A stretch of 64,000 nucleotides of DNA from Bilabrum cf. latius (GCA_965178125.1 OZ237771.1:124001-188000); one strand, 5' to 3'. Positions 11,001 through 24,314 are shown, numbered from the stretch's first letter. Numbers and translations: made by a program. Notes: generated from the letters alone by a model not told the origin.

Positions 11001-13798
11001 ATGTGGATGACCTGGTGGCCCCGCAGGAGGAACTCCAGGAGCAAGTCACGCACGGGCAGGCAGCAGGGCAAGGCAGCATGCAGAGAACGAGCCATCGGAA
11101 CTCCAGCGTTCTTCGCCGAGACATGCTGAGCACAGTGATATCCGAGCTGCAGCAGACACCGAGGGTGGGCCGGGATGGCTCGCAGTTCTGCTGCCTGATC
11201 GCAATCTCACGCTCCCCCATGGTAGTGGAAGAGCTCAAGAAAAACCTCAACTTTAGCATGACCTGGCACGGATGGAGTGCCACCGGCAAGGGCCCGAACA
11301 TTGCGGCCATCGGCAAGACTGTTCAGAACCAGTTCAGCAAGCGCGACTCAAAGGGTGAGCCTGAAGCTGGACCCTGGGAGATTTGCCATGCGTCACACCA
11401 GTTCTTTAAAGACTCTGATGTCTACATTCTGAGACCGTACTGGTCAGCAGAAAGCGGCGGAGACGTCATTGCCATCGGTGCGGTCCGACCCGGCACTATC
11501 ACTGCCAGCCAGTCAACGAAGGACGGCACGGCTCTGCCCGGAATTTCGTACAACCCGACCACCAGACTGCTCCGAGGCATCAAGAAGAGCTTTACGATGC
11601 CCAACACGCCCACTTTCTAGGTCAAGTCTGGCGATGTCATCGGGCTGATGCGGTCCGGCTCTAGGCTTGCTCTGCTGCGAGAGAGAGAAGGGCGGTTCCA
11701 TCACGCCTTCGACCTGTCAACCAACCTGACCGACCCTGACTGGCATATGTGCGTGTGGCTCAAAGGGGTCGCGAAGGCCAGCGCAAGGGTAGAGATGATG
11801 GGCGCCATGCCTCTGTCCTCTGTGCGAGCGAGCATTAGGCCAGCGGAAGTGTCGTTCGAATCGGAAGGAAACACCTCAGCGACCATATTCGTGGAGCAGG
11901 ATCAGATCGCCCAGGTTGTAACCACTGGCGGCGCTGCGGACGCCTCATGGCGAACACACACGATCCGTGGCGCCATGATGGGAGGCAACGGCCCATCGCA
12001 CCGGTATCTCGTAGATGTTCGTCTCCTTGACGTGGTGGCAGGGGCCAGTGATGTGGTGCTCGGAGTGGTTCCGACACTGAACATAGGGGCGGACCAATCG
12101 ACACGGCTTAGCAGCCCAGGGTTTGACCAGCGTCGACTGATAAAGCTATTCGGGGGCAGCATTGCTGGTTTGGAGGACTGCCCTTCGCGTCTCGACTTTG
12201 CTGCGCGTTGTGGCAGACCCGATGTTGCTGATTCGATTCAGGGACCCAGAACGAAGTGGATGCAGAGCCTGGAGTCCATTTTGAGGCAGGAGTGGGCCGA
12301 TGCCGTGCTCGAGGTGCACAAAGCCATTTGTCGCATGCCAGGTACTGACGGCATCGAGTCGCGGCAGCAGTACGCTAGGGTGTGCGACAGGGAAGATCTC
12401 TCGAATTGTATGACCAGGACTGCCAAGAGCGACTGGCCGGGTGAACTGCTGAAGTTGCGTACGGATGGCGTCAGACAGTTGTGGCCGCAGCTACGTGGGT
12501 CCCCCCACGATTTTTCCCCAGAAGAGTTGGGGCTAGACGACGTGTGGCCCTTTCCGCGGATCCGGCCTAGACAGGTGGACCTTTTCTTAGAAGCGTGCAA
12601 GTGGTACTTTGGCGGAGACACATACCTGCGCCATCCTGATGAGCTTCCAGCCTTCCAAGATCTCGCTGCGGCAGCCGGAGGTGATGCTGGTGCTGGTGCT
12701 GGTGCTGCTGCTGCTGGTGCTGCTGCTGCTGGTGCTGCTGCTGCTGGTGCTCCTGCTTCCGGAGCTGGTGATGATCGTGGGGCTGCACTTCTGCAGCTGG
12801 ATCTCGGAAAAGATGGCCCCACGAACCACATTGGTTCTGTGCAGCATTCAGGATGCGGGTACAAAGCCTTGGCTCACGAGCTCTGCTACGATGGGAAATC
12901 ACAGGCCCTGGACGGCTTCACGATGGCAGGCACGCCAGGATCCAAGTTGGCGATGGGGGACACGGTGCGCATGCTCGTGGACTTAGATTTTGACTCGGTT
13001 GGATTTGGCAGCATTTCGTTTGGGCGATGGAGGCCGGGTAGCTAGGCCACCGAATGGATGGGCCGTCTCTTCGCCGGCGCACTGCGCGATGGTGTTTTGT
13101 ACCAGGCAGCTGTCAGCTTGAGAGGCAGCAACGCAAGGGTGCAGTGCGTGCCGATTGCAATTACGGACAGGGATGCTCCTGCAGAGCCACTACTACCACG
13201 CCTTTGTCTAGGGCCAGCCGCTTGCATGCTGGCTACCAGCACTGATTTCAGCACAATCCACAAGCACGCAGCCGGGTCGGGGCCCACAGAATGGGTGACC
13301 GTGCGATACAGCCATAGGATGTCGTGGGGGGCTGAATATTATTACTGTCTCCAGATGCAGCACGTATCAGACGCTGCTGAAGTGGTGTTTGGCGTAGTGG
13401 ATGCAGATAACAACGAACTGCTGCCTGGTGATGGGGCCGAGGGGTCAACGAAACGGATTGGCTCTGGCGCCAGAACCGGTTGGGGGTACCACGTCGGGTA
13501 GCACAAGACATTCTCAGCCGGCACAACGGCTGACGTACCAGCGGGTCCGAGACCAGACGCCCAAGGTCGTATCGGCAAAGAGCTCGTCATGCGTGTCGAC
13601 CTCGGGACAGTCCCGAACCAACCACCCCACCCGGGTAGCATCTCGTACGGTTGGAAAGACCCTGGCAACCCAATGATCCAGTGGATGACAGCGCAGCCTA
13701 TTCTCTCAAGAGCTATCGTCACAGGTACTAAGGCCCCTTGCGTGGTCGTGTCGATCAAGACCCAAGGCGACCGCGTAAGATTAAAGCTTCTAGATTGA
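8072..13798 (+). CDS. About 1908-aa AAA+ ATPase (NSF/Cdc48-like D1, degenerate D2) with N-terminal Gly/Gln/Trp repeats and C-terminal SPRY/B30.2-like repeats (7 in-frame TAG)
   Basis: Eight consecutive ORFs share one frame, joined at TAG, ending in TGA. Walker A GPPGSGKT, pore loop NKYFGETE, Walker B IFFDEIDS, SRH GTTNRKEAIDPAVMRPGRL. SPRY-like strands such as GDVIGLM, GDTVRMLVDLD, VVFGVV...GWGY. Start codon uncertain. Confidence 0.8.
8543..8974 (+). repeat. 54-bp coding tandem repeat x8 (SGAKGSGPGPQWQGAAGG)
   Basis: Eight near-perfect copies visible in both DNA and translation. Confidence 0.95.
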
Positions 13799-15537
13799 CA
13801 ACTTATTTCAGTTGATGCATTGTGCCAAGACTACCTTTTATTATCCTTACCAATGTAGAAGGTTATAAATTCATACACCCAGTTAGTTAGGAAAATCCAT
13901 CTTGGCCTTAAGCATCCGATGCTTTTCGAAACCTTACGGTGCTTTTCGGATTAAACTACACCCCTGACCGTGCACGTCATTTGTGATATAGCTGTATCCA
14001 TACCATAGATGTGGTAAAGCGCTGTGCTATGGTCCTGCCTGCTTTGAAAGCAGCGCCGCACGCCGCAAGCAAACTCCATGGAATCTGCTTCGTTGGTGAG
14101 GCCAGCAAGGTCTCTGAGATTGAGGTCGCGCGGTGGGCGCAGGACCCGTTCGAGGTGCAGGAGCAGATGCGACGTAGCGATGCGGAGGAGTGAGAGAGAG
14201 AGAGAAAGCGGCTAGGGATGCAGACCAGGAGCGGCGGCGACGCGGGGTGGGCAACGGATGGAAAGGGGGGTGGTGTGGGTGAAGCAGAGAGAGAGGGCGA
14301 GGGATCGGGGGGGGGGAGGGGGGCGGAAGGAGAGGGCGAGGGATGGGGGGGGGTCGGGGTGGGGGCAGAGCAGAGAGAGAGGGCGAGGGATGGGGGGGGG
14401 GAGGGGGGCGGAGCAGAGAGAGAAGGCGATAGATGGGCGGGGGGGGCAAAGCAGGGAGGAGGGGGGGGGACGGCGGTTCACCAAGTGGGGAGGAATTAGT
14501 GGAGGAGAAGATGAGTGGTGGGGTCATCGGGTTGATATGGCGGATAGAAAGGGGGAGGCATAGGCCGGGCAGGTGGGGGTTTGGGCATGTGGGGGACGAG
14601 TGACTCGGATCAGGGGGGATCGGATCACCCTACCACATGCGGACGTGGAAGTTGAGAGGTCACAATTAGACTCGAGCGGCAATCAAGCCGCGTGCTATTC
14701 GGGCGCTGAGGGGCAGCGCTCGCCAGTTTTTGCTTTATTAACCTCTTGCTCTATGATATGGTTTCAAGTCAGGCATCATAGCAGCGCACTGAGCGCGCTG
14801 AACGTTGTAATCTCATGCCACCATGACAGCCCAAAAAAGCGGCGAGAGGCCTGAGGCACGGAAATGGGCGGTGAGTGGAGCACTGCATGGCAGCGGAGGC
14901 TGCCTTGCTGATGGCGGGGGCGTGTTTTCTGACCGTGAATGAAGAGGCTGGGCAAGGGCTTGGTCGCAGGCTTGCGTAGACGGAGCTGACCAGGTCAGGC
15001 TTGTGCGAAGGCGAGGGTTCATGTTTAGCCCTTTTTTTATAATACGAGCGGGGTGCTGGCGGGGTGATGCAATCAAAAATTTGACTGCGAGTGTCAACCG
15101 GATGACTCTCCAATCTGATTGCAGGCCACAAACATGGCATGCGACCATCAAGGCGGATGCGACCACGAGTGCAGCATGACACGGGGGATGCACGATCCCG
15201 GCTTGTCATTTCTATCGGAGGGTTAACCCAAGCATAGTACTTGGATTGACCACAACAAGTAAACACAAAAAATGAGAGAGCGGACATCGCGACACAAGGT
15301 ACCCGCGGCACCCCGGAGAACCGAGATACCGCGCAGCGCCCTGGCCAGCCGAGAAGAAAGCCACATACGGGTACCGATCCCGCACCAGCACCAAGTGGTG
15401 CACATACGGGATCAAACACCCGAAGCCAAAGACCCGGTGATGTCCGCAAACGGTTGAAATTCCATGTATTCGAAGTGCATGCTTTGCTATCCCTGATACA
15501 GTTTCTTCAGCCTCCACCAGGCACATGCCAATAATCT

Positions 15538-16020
15538 CCCCCCCCCCGTGTCGGCTATGCCTCGCACTAATAATTTGTTATCTATCGATAAATTATTATC
15601 TCAATATCACAAATTTCGCTCCGCTTCATTTGCTCTTGACAATTTCAGTAGAGATAAAAAGAAAGAAAATCAATAATAAGAATTATTAAATAGAGGAGAG
15701 GGAGGAGGGAGTGCATGTTTAGAATTAAAATATATTTTAGTATCAAAAAAAAAAAAATTATTAATAAATATATACATAGAGAGAGAGTTTCAAAAAAATT
15801 TCCGTACGAGGTTCTCCCTTTCCCTAAGTAAAAATCAGATAGTAAAAAGTGATAGTAGAGCTTAATAAGTAAAACAAAAAATAGAAAACATGGGGGAGTT
15901 ACAAACAAAAAGTGAAGACATCTACAATTTGGAATATTTCATTCAGGTTACTCACATGATGGTTAAGCGAAATTTGATATAAGAAATATATTAAATTTTG
16001 CGAGTATGTCATGTTTTAAT
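15538..16020 (+). repeat. Left terminal inverted repeat (483 bp)
   Basis: Reverse complement of 36308-36790. The same spurious 87-aa ORF appears at 15645-15908(-) and 36420-36683(+). Confidence 0.97.
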
Positions 16021-16085
16021 GTTTCTAGAATTTTAACTATTCTAAAAACACTTAAAGAATATTATATAATATATACTTATACAGT

Positions 16086-18038
16086 ATGACCTCACAAATT
16101 ACAGATTTTTTCGTCAACTCTAAAATTAAACTAATTTCAGAATCTCTAAATTATTCAGATATAGACCCTAACGATATTACAACAGCTAGACTAAGTATAT
16201 TAATAGTTGATTTCATGCCTCAAATGTATGCAGACGGTAGTAATTTCCTAATGTATGACTCAAAACGGGGGGTTTGGTTTTCAGTTTATGCTAAAGATGC
16301 CAAACTCTATAAAATTATTATGATGTCTTTAAACAATATCATTGAAAAGAAACTAAAACAAATAGAAAAGAGTTTCAAAGAATTATCAACTCAACTAAAA
16401 AACCTAAAATTAGAAGACAAAGAGGAAAAGCCAAAAATTGAATCTCAAATGACAAGACTTTTAAAAAGCAAAAAAAATATAATGTCAACATCAAAAATAT
16501 ACTTATCTAATAGGTTTATTACTGATTTGTGTACAATGATTTTAAACAATTGTTCAAGTGCATAGGAAATTTATCGTAGAAATCAAACCAAAAACAAATT
16601 CAGAATATTCTATAAAAATAAAAAATTAGTAGACATTTCAAATGGTAAAATATACAAGACTAAACCTATTTCGTCTTGCCTATCTAGAATCCCTTATAAA
16701 TTTCTAGGTTTTGATGCACCAACCCCAAACGCTGATAATTTCATTTTACAACTAGCAAACAATAACGCCGAAAGAGCAGAATGCATAAAATCAGTTCTCG
16801 GATATTCGATCACAAATCTTAATGATGCAAAAAAAATGTTTGTATTTTACGGTAAAGAGGGGAATAATGGAAAATCAGTATTAATGAATCTAATGGAGTC
16901 AATCCTAAAAGAAAAATGTAAGCCAATTTCTAAAGAATTACTTATTGAATGTAAATCATCAACAGCAACAGCAAACCCTGAACTATTAACCTTAAGAAAT
17001 GTAACACTTGGCGTGTTGAGTGAGTTAAAAGATAATGAAAAATTAAATGAAACCGTATTTAAAAGTATCACGGGTGGTGATGTTTTAACAGCTCGTCAAC
17101 TTTATAGTAATAAAGTGGAGAGTTTTGATTTAGTAATGAAAATTATTTTACATTCTAATAAACCCGTATATATTGATATGAAAGACAAAGCGAGTGTTAA
17201 TCGCATGTATGTTATATATTTTGATGCGGAATTCGTAGACAATCCAACAGAAGAACATCACTTTAAGAAAGATTCGCTATTTCTTAAAAAGTTTATTAAA
17301 AATCACGGCGATGAATTCTTTACAATGCTTGTAAAATATGCCAGACAATACCTAAACGAAGGAATAATAATAAATAATGCGGTAAAAGAAGACACTGAAA
17401 GATATTTAAATATGATTGACCCAGTTCATCAATTTATAAACTCAACTTATGAAGAATCCGACAATAATATTGAATATTTTAATGATATATGGGGAGATTT
17501 TAAATAGTATTGTACAGAGAAAGGAATGCCATTCACTCATCAAAACCAACAAAAAACTAAATTATTACAATATTTAAGTAAGAATTATAAGAAGATAAAG
17601 CAAGTAAATAAACTACGAAGAGGGGATACAACTGCTTTTAAAGGAATAAGAAATATCAACAATATTGAAGATGAAGAGTTTGGGTTTGATGAGATAGAAG
17701 ACAACGATATAACACTTTGTCAAAATATAGGAAGAATTTATAAATCATATTACTTTGACCCTAAAGGGTTTACATCTATCAAAGAACTAAAAGAAGAGTT
17801 TCACGATATAAGCGATATTAGTAAGTTATTAAAAAATATGAATATTCCAGAAATTAAAAGGTCTATTATGGGGTTTAGATTATCTAAGTTTGAACCAAAA
17901 GAAGAACCAAAAGAAGAACCAAAAGAAGAACCCAAAACCAAACCCAAAACCAAAAACAAACCAAAAATGAAATCCAAAAAAGAAGATAAAGCTCCTCTTT
18001 TAGATGAATTTACAGATTGTAATTGTGAATCATTTTAA
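16086..18038 (+). CDS. D5-like/SF3 primase-helicase, 650 aa (2 TAG)
   Basis: ORFs 16086, 16836 and 17526 are in one frame with TAG at 16563 and 17505, ending TAA. Walker A YGKEGNNGKS, LGVLSE, KSITGGD..TARQLY, ILHSN. Confidence 0.9.
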
Positions 18039-19040
18039 TTTTTTGAATTCCTTCCAATTATCAATTAAATTAGAAAAATCTTTTTCAATTTTCTTTTTAG
18101 GTTCTGAGGTCCAGTCTTTTTTATTTGGATAGTCTTTCCATTCAATTATATATTTATCACCCTTTTCTCCTCTAATTCGTAGAGGATAAAATTCGTCTTT
18201 TTCTCTTTTTATTGTTGTAGGTTTTAATTCGTCCCTTGTATATAAAGTATTTAATTCTCTAATATAATAAAATGGCGGTTTATCACTAAAGAACCTTATA
18301 CCGTCAATATTATAAACTTGTGGACTATATCTGATATCTCCTACTCTGAATTTATCGCCTAGTTTTTTCCCAGTAATTGGGTCAATAGGATACTCTAATT
18401 TAACTCTAACTGATGAATTTACATCTAATAATTTACAACCAGACTTAGGACATTTAACAGGTTTTAATGTAGTAAATTCTTGTAATAGATTCTTAACTTT
18501 TGGTTTTTTATCTCGTTTCCTATTCAGATATTGTATTAATGGTCTAACATTTGAAACCCATTCTTTATTTCGTTTGCCAGTAGATAGTTCTTTTTCAGTC
18601 ATTAACATATTTAAATATTTACCTAAACTTTGGTTAGCTCTTTCAACTACAGCCATCTATTGTTTTCTTCCTACTTTAGCAACATTTAATATAATAGCCT
18701 CAGATTCAACAAATTTTTTAAAATCCCCTTTGAATTCTGAACCACTATCTACAGTAAGTAAGGTAGGACTCTAAAGTATATTTCTTTTCAATATTTTTTT
18801 ATAAGCATCTCTAACAGTTGACGAATTTTTATTCTTGATAGGTTCAGCATCTATTAACCTAGTCCCAATATCAGCAAAAACTAATAAATATTTATTCTTT
18901 GTTGGGTCAGTAGGCAAAAATAATAAATCAGCTTGTTGTCTTTGAAATGGTTGAATAGGGTAATTATAACTTCCGTATTGTTTTTTCAATCTATTCGGTT
19001 CTACTAATTCATTATAGAGTTTAGATGGTTTAAAAGACAT
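18030..19040 (-). CDS. Retroviral-type (rve) DDE integrase with C-terminal chromodomain, about 336 aa (2 TAG)
   Basis: QQADLL, TVDSGSEFKG and GRKQ*MAVVERAN give the D-D-E triad only if TAG at 18771 and 18657 are read through. YIIEWKDYP..WTSEP chromodomain. Ends TGA. Confidence 0.92.
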
Positions 19041-19133
19041 TATATAATACAATACGAAAATTATTTACTCGTTGTTTTTGGAATAGTAAAAAATCTTAAA
19101 ACTACTTAAAGAAATTAGAATAATATAATATAT

Positions 19134-20996
19134 ATGCAGGATAAAATAAAGAAGAATATCAAGCTTTATAAAACTAAAAAGATAATGAATGGTAAGAATG
19201 TCAAAACCACAGCTCATCTAGTAGAAGGTAAAAAAGGATGGACCATAGAAGATATTAAAAAAGTAGGTAAACTGATATCTGAAAAGTATAAAGCAAATAA
19301 GAAAATATTAAATGTAACCCTTCAATTTAATGACATGTCAAAAGCTACAAGGTCAACGATGATATATGATAATTCGTTATATAGTGATTTAGTTACTGAT
19401 GATTGGGATTCTGTTAATGTTCCTACTCCTTACGACGGATACGATAATAACTTAACAGATGATCTAATGCCTATTAATGGATTTCAATATATTAGGTTTG
19501 ATGTGATAGAATATATTCCATAGAAAGGAGGAAACAGTAAAAAAAATGATTGTTTGTATTTCTGTTTACGGGATGCTTTCGGAGGTCGTGAATATTTACC
19601 TAAGTCTTGGAACGCAGGAAATAAGATAAGAAGACAGCTAAATCTACCTCAAAATTGTAAGATTGAAACAAAGCATTTATAGGCTATTTCAAACGCACTT
19701 AAAACTAATATCCATTTAACGGGTGATGTGGTAAATGTTTATACAGCAAATACTAAAACTCATAGAAATATACACTTAGAAATCAAAAATGAACATTATA
19801 CTTTAAAACCAACTCAAAAGTTTAATAAAAAGGTTCAATATAATAAATGTTTAAAAGTAGCACAAAAAAAGAATAAAACTATTTACTGCTACGATGGAAA
19901 AGAAATATCAGAAATTGACAAACTTAATAAATTTAGATATCATATTTGTAATTCTGAAGATGATATTAAAGAATTTTATAAAGAAAAAATAGAACTTTAG
20001 AAGAAAATGCAAAAAGCAGGAAAGAAACATAATATTTTTTATTGTGACCCTGTAGCTTATATGAACTATAACACCTTAACTTTATAGAATTTCAAGTATT
20101 ATTGTCAATCCTTTGATTATCCCGCAAATATTGACCCTTGCGAATTTAAATATATAGAACTTTCAACGAGTGGAGATATTTATTATTGTAAAAAAAGGAA
20201 TATCACACTTAAGAAAGCTTATAAATATGATATTAACAGCTTATATCCTTCATTAATGGCTAGTATATACTCAGTTTTTCCTATTGGTAAGCCAACTTAT
20301 CACATGATTAAAACATTACCTAATAAATTTTGTTCTTTTGGATTATATAAATGTAAGATAGAGCAAGGAAAAGCAGACCTAGAATTATTTAAAATTATTA
20401 GAAAAAATCATTTTTATTGGTATACTCATATTGACATTAACGATTTAACTAAATACGGTTTTAAATTTACACTTATTAAAGATGAAACAAATCATATATC
20501 TTATTCTGATGTTGTAAAGGGTTCTCATGTATTTGAGCCATTCGTTAATGCCCTTTATAAAGCTAAACAAGATAAAAGCGATGAAGCAATATCAGATAAT
20601 TTTAAGAGTATTCTTAATTTACTATGGGGAACTTTAAGCGAAAAGAGACTAAGAAGAGTTACAAGGAAGAACTTAGATAATATGGATATGTTCCCTGAGA
20701 TGGAGAATATAATTGAATTGAACGAGGATAAATTAATACATTTTGACACACAAAAACCATATTTTAATAATTGGGCTAGAATCAAACCATTTTTAAAAGC
20801 ATATTCAAGAAGAGCCATTTTAAAGGTCATCACTAAAAACGAATTATATAAGCATATTTATCACATTAGGGTAGATTCTCTAATTTCAGATATTCCTTTA
20901 GATATTCCCATTAGCAATAAATTAGGAGAGTGGAAAATAGAACATGAGGGAGAAATAGAAATAATTCATACAAATAAAGTTGTGCCCAAATATTGA
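19134..20996 (+). CDS. Protein-primed family B DNA polymerase, 620 aa (4 TAG)
   Basis: One frame with TAG at 19521, 19680, 19998 and 20085. Motif A YDINSLYP, motif B KSILNLLWG, motif C variant HIRVDS, KLGEWKIE. Ends TGA. Confidence 0.88.
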
Positions 20997-21037
20997 TAAT
21001 TCTAAAAACACTTAAAAAAAGAATATATATAAATAGT

Positions 21038-21328
21038 ATGCCTGATAGAAAAGAATATTTCAAAAAATACCGTAAAGAAAATAAAGAAAGATTAAAAGAA
21101 TTACATAATCAAAGTTATACATGTGAGATTTGCGGTAAAGAAGTAAAAAAATACAATAAAGCCAAACATGAGAAATCCATTATCCATCTACACAGTAAAG
21201 CCAAAAAATAGGGATTAACACCAGATGAAAAAACTAATTTAATTAAAGCTTATAAAAAAGTTATAGGTGGATTAACAAAACAAGTAGAAGAACAAACTCA
21301 AAATTTACAATTTGTTGAAGAGTTATAA
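21038..21328 (+). CDS. C2H2 zinc-finger protein, 96 aa (1 TAG)
   Basis: YTCEICG...KAKHEKSIIH. TAG at 21209, ends TAA. Confidence 0.75.
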
Positions 21329-21368
21329 TGTCCATAAATTATAAAAACATTCTAATATAATTATATAA

Positions 21369-21587
21369 ATGAAACTCATTGATATAATTAAGAATAGAAA
21401 GTCTTTATTAGAATCAAAAGAAAAACGCCTTAGAAAGAGAATCAAAGATATGAAAAACCACAAAAAGGAAATTAAGGAATTAAAACAAGAAATTAAATGT
21501 TTAGAGAAAATGAACAAACTAGAAAGAAAACTAAAATATTCAAATCTTCCCGTTGTTGTTGAAGCATCAGAAGAAAATAGCGAATGA
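21369..21587 (+). CDS. Small basic coiled-coil protein, 72 aa
   Basis: ATG to TGA ORF with TCTA motif 14 nt upstream. Confidence 0.6.
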   Translation: MKLIDIIKNRKSLLESKEKRLRKRIKDMKNHKKEIKELKQEIKCLEKMNKLERKLKYSNLPVVVEASEENSE

Positions 21588-21609
21588 TATTTTATTAATA
21601 TATATTATA

Positions 21610-22605
21610 ATGAACGCTAAAGATAAGAAACTATGGAAATTAGCCCAATCAATAGCAAATAAGAAATATGACAAGCCATCAGCTTATAAAAGCGGTTATA
21701 TTGTTAAAGTTTATAGGGATTTAGGAGGTGAATTCAAAGGGAAAAAACCAAAAGATGGATTGACTAGATGGTATTTAGAGTAGTGGAAAAATCAAAGGGG
21801 AGAAATTGGATACAAAAAGAAAGGCGATATATACAGACCAACTAAAAGAATAAACAAAAAAACACCTAAAACATTTGATGAACTAACTTTAAAGGAATTA
21901 ACTAACGCTCAACTAGAGAAACTATTAAAAGGTAGAGTTAAACAGTTCAAAGGTGGGAGCGTGTGGGATGTTATTAAAGATATACCAGTTGGAGCATTTC
22001 GCTTTTTAACCAGAAGAAATAAGAAACTAAGCGATTTAACAAATGAAGTAAAAACATACGCTAAAATAGCTCAGCAAACATACGGAAAAGTGCCACAAAG
22101 GGATATTATTGACGGGTATAGATTATTATTCAAAGATGATCGGAGAAAAGTATACATTAAAGGAAATAATATAATTATTGGTGTTCGTGGAACGTCAGAC
22201 GGTAACGATGTATTAGATGATGTTAAAATTGCAAGAGGAACATTAGAAGAAAGCGAGAACTTTAAGAATTTAGTTGATATTTACGAGGCGATAAAATAGG
22301 CTTTTCCAGATGCTAATATTTCTTTTTCTTCTCATTCCTTAGGTGGTGCTATGGTTGCTTATTTAACAAAAAAATACGGCGACAAGATTAAAGGACATTC
22401 TTTTAATCCTGCTTTAAATTTTGAAATGATCAGAGACCCTAAATTTAATATCAAAAATATAAAATAGCATGTAATAGATGGTGACCCAGTAGCTCATAGC
22501 TTAGCCCAGTTTATGAATCCTGAACAAGTGACATTTTATGAATCGCCCCATGAAAAGAATAACTACTTTAATACTCATAAACTCAGCAATTTTACTGAAG
22601 ACTAA
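21610..22605 (+). CDS. Class-3-like lipase (alpha/beta hydrolase) fused to an N-terminal basic viral domain, 331 aa (3 TAG)
   Basis: IIIGVRGT, SHSLGG nucleophile elbow, FNP, GDPV and C-terminal His. N-terminal KPSAYKSGYIVK..GLTRW block. TAG at 21781, 22297 and 22465; ends TAA. Confidence 0.85.
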
Positions 22606-22650
22606 AATACTTATATGTTTATATTCCACAACATGTAAGTATATATTTAA

Positions 22651-23484
22651 TTATTGTATTTGTTGCAGCCTTTGTTTTCGCAGTTTTTCCTTATTCTTTT
22701 CATAATACCGTTTATTTTGCTCTTTTACTTTGTCTTTATTCTTTTCATAATACCGTTTATTTTGCTCTTTTACTTTGTCTTTATTCTTTTTCCGATATTC
22801 TTTATCATATGCTTTTTGTCGTGCTTTTATTCTTTCCTTGTTTTTTTCACGATAGGCTTTTCGCTTTTCTTTATTTTTTGCACGATACATTTTATCATAT
22901 GCCTTTTTTTTGTCAATATTTTTCATGCGGGTTTCTCTATACTTCTCACACACAAAACAACGGCATGAGCCGGAACGGCCACTGCCGCGCTGCCCCGCCC
23001 CCTTCCCTAAGGAAGGAGACGAGGGAATGCCTCGCAAGCTGCTGGTCGCACTGGCGGTTGCAACCTCGCGTTGGTAGACCGGAGCCTGTGTTCGAGTCTC
23101 GAACGCATCGCCACATCAACCCCGAACCCCATTCGGCGTTAGCATTAATTTTTCTTGACAAACCTTAACTGCTTCTTTTCTACTTCTACCAGCTACTAAC
23201 TTATTAACGCATGGATAATTCCTAATATAATGACCCTCAATCTGTCTTAGCTCTTCTTTATCGTTACATGGACATTTTGTCACTAATTCAATGATACAAT
23301 CGCCTAGTTCAACTATTTTATATGATGTCACATATGGACTTTTGCCGTTCTTGAATGTTTTATATGCCTTTATGTGTTGCCCTTTCCTCTTTGCTAACGA
23401 CTGTACGGTAGAACCATAATAATGAAGTTCGGGTTTATTCAATGAATATAATCTATAAATTTTTGCTTTGCTATAATCAGGCAT
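22651..23484 (-). CDS. GIY-YIG endonuclease with Lys/Tyr-rich tail, interrupted by a GC-rich insert of about 220 bp
   Basis: KIYRL...YYGST..LAKRKGQH...EGHYI..CVN. The tail (22651-22941) is in the same frame, but the insert carries an in-frame TGA at 23116. Confidence 0.8.
22942..23163. mobile_element. GC-rich structured insert 1 (boundaries +/-20 nt)
   Basis: GC-rich island in AT-rich viral DNA with several hairpins. Shares a 27/29-nt motif with the insert in the ATPase gene. Confidence 0.7.
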
Positions 23485-23541
23485 TCTTCGGATATATTCG
23501 GTTTTCTTTTTATTTCTTTATGTGATTTCAATGTTCATGCT

Positions 23542-24210
23542 TTAAAGAATTTTACCATAACCTAATCCACAACCTCTATCAATTATATCATCATCATCGT
23601 TTTTCACTATTTTTGGTTTATTAACTTTAGAACTAAAAAAAGAGTCGTCTATTTTTGGTTTATCTACTTTAGAGATTGGAAGTCTATCAATATTTTTATT
23701 GATTGAACCGTAAACGATATTTCTCACGGCTAAACTATCCAAATTTAGAATATCAAAAGTGTTTTTCTATTTCATGTTTACTGATTTAATATAAACTTTG
23801 TTATTTTGTAAACAATAGCAATAATCAGAAACGATAAAGCTTACATAATACATATCATCAGAATGTGAAGGGAAAAAGTAAACTAAATAATCTCTTAAAT
23901 CTCGCAATAATGAAGGGTGCTAATTAATCATTTCAATAAGTTCACTATCAGAATTTAAAAATAAGCTTAATTTTTCTTTCGTTATAGTTGGCTAAGGTTT
24001 TAATTCTTTATTCTTTGCTAATTTATTTAATAATGTTGATATGTGAATATAAGACAACCTAAATATTGTATATAATTCATTTACTTTTTTAATATATTTT
24101 ATGCCTTCCTTAAAGGTTAATTTATGCTTTTCAATTATGCTTTTTAATTGTTCTATTTCACCTTGAAACTGTTTCATTTTGTTTTGTAAATCTGAGAAAT
24201 CTAAATCCAT
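23542..24210 (-). CDS. Hypothetical viral protein, 222 aa (3 TAG)
   Basis: ORFs 23992-24210 and 23542-23742 join in one frame through TAGs and end TAA. Confidence 0.7.
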
Positions 24211-24314
24211 ATACTTTTATACTAGTTATAATTATTCAATATTTAAACTAAATATAAATTGTCAAAATTATTATGTCAAACCGATGGATTTGCTAACTAT
24301 TGAATTTTTTCTTA

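Noticed and set aside
14190-14570. Pro-rich and Gly-rich ORFs
   Set aside because: Translations of a G/A low-complexity tract within repeat Y.
15645-15908. 87-aa hydrophobic ORF (and its mirror at 36420-36683)
   Set aside because: TTG-initiated low-complexity frame inside the TIR; likely spurious.
22942-23163. tRNA, hammerhead ribozyme or group I intron identity for the inserts
   Set aside because: I could not find a cloverleaf, a CUGAUGA/GAAA core or convincing P7 sequences by eye; left unassigned.
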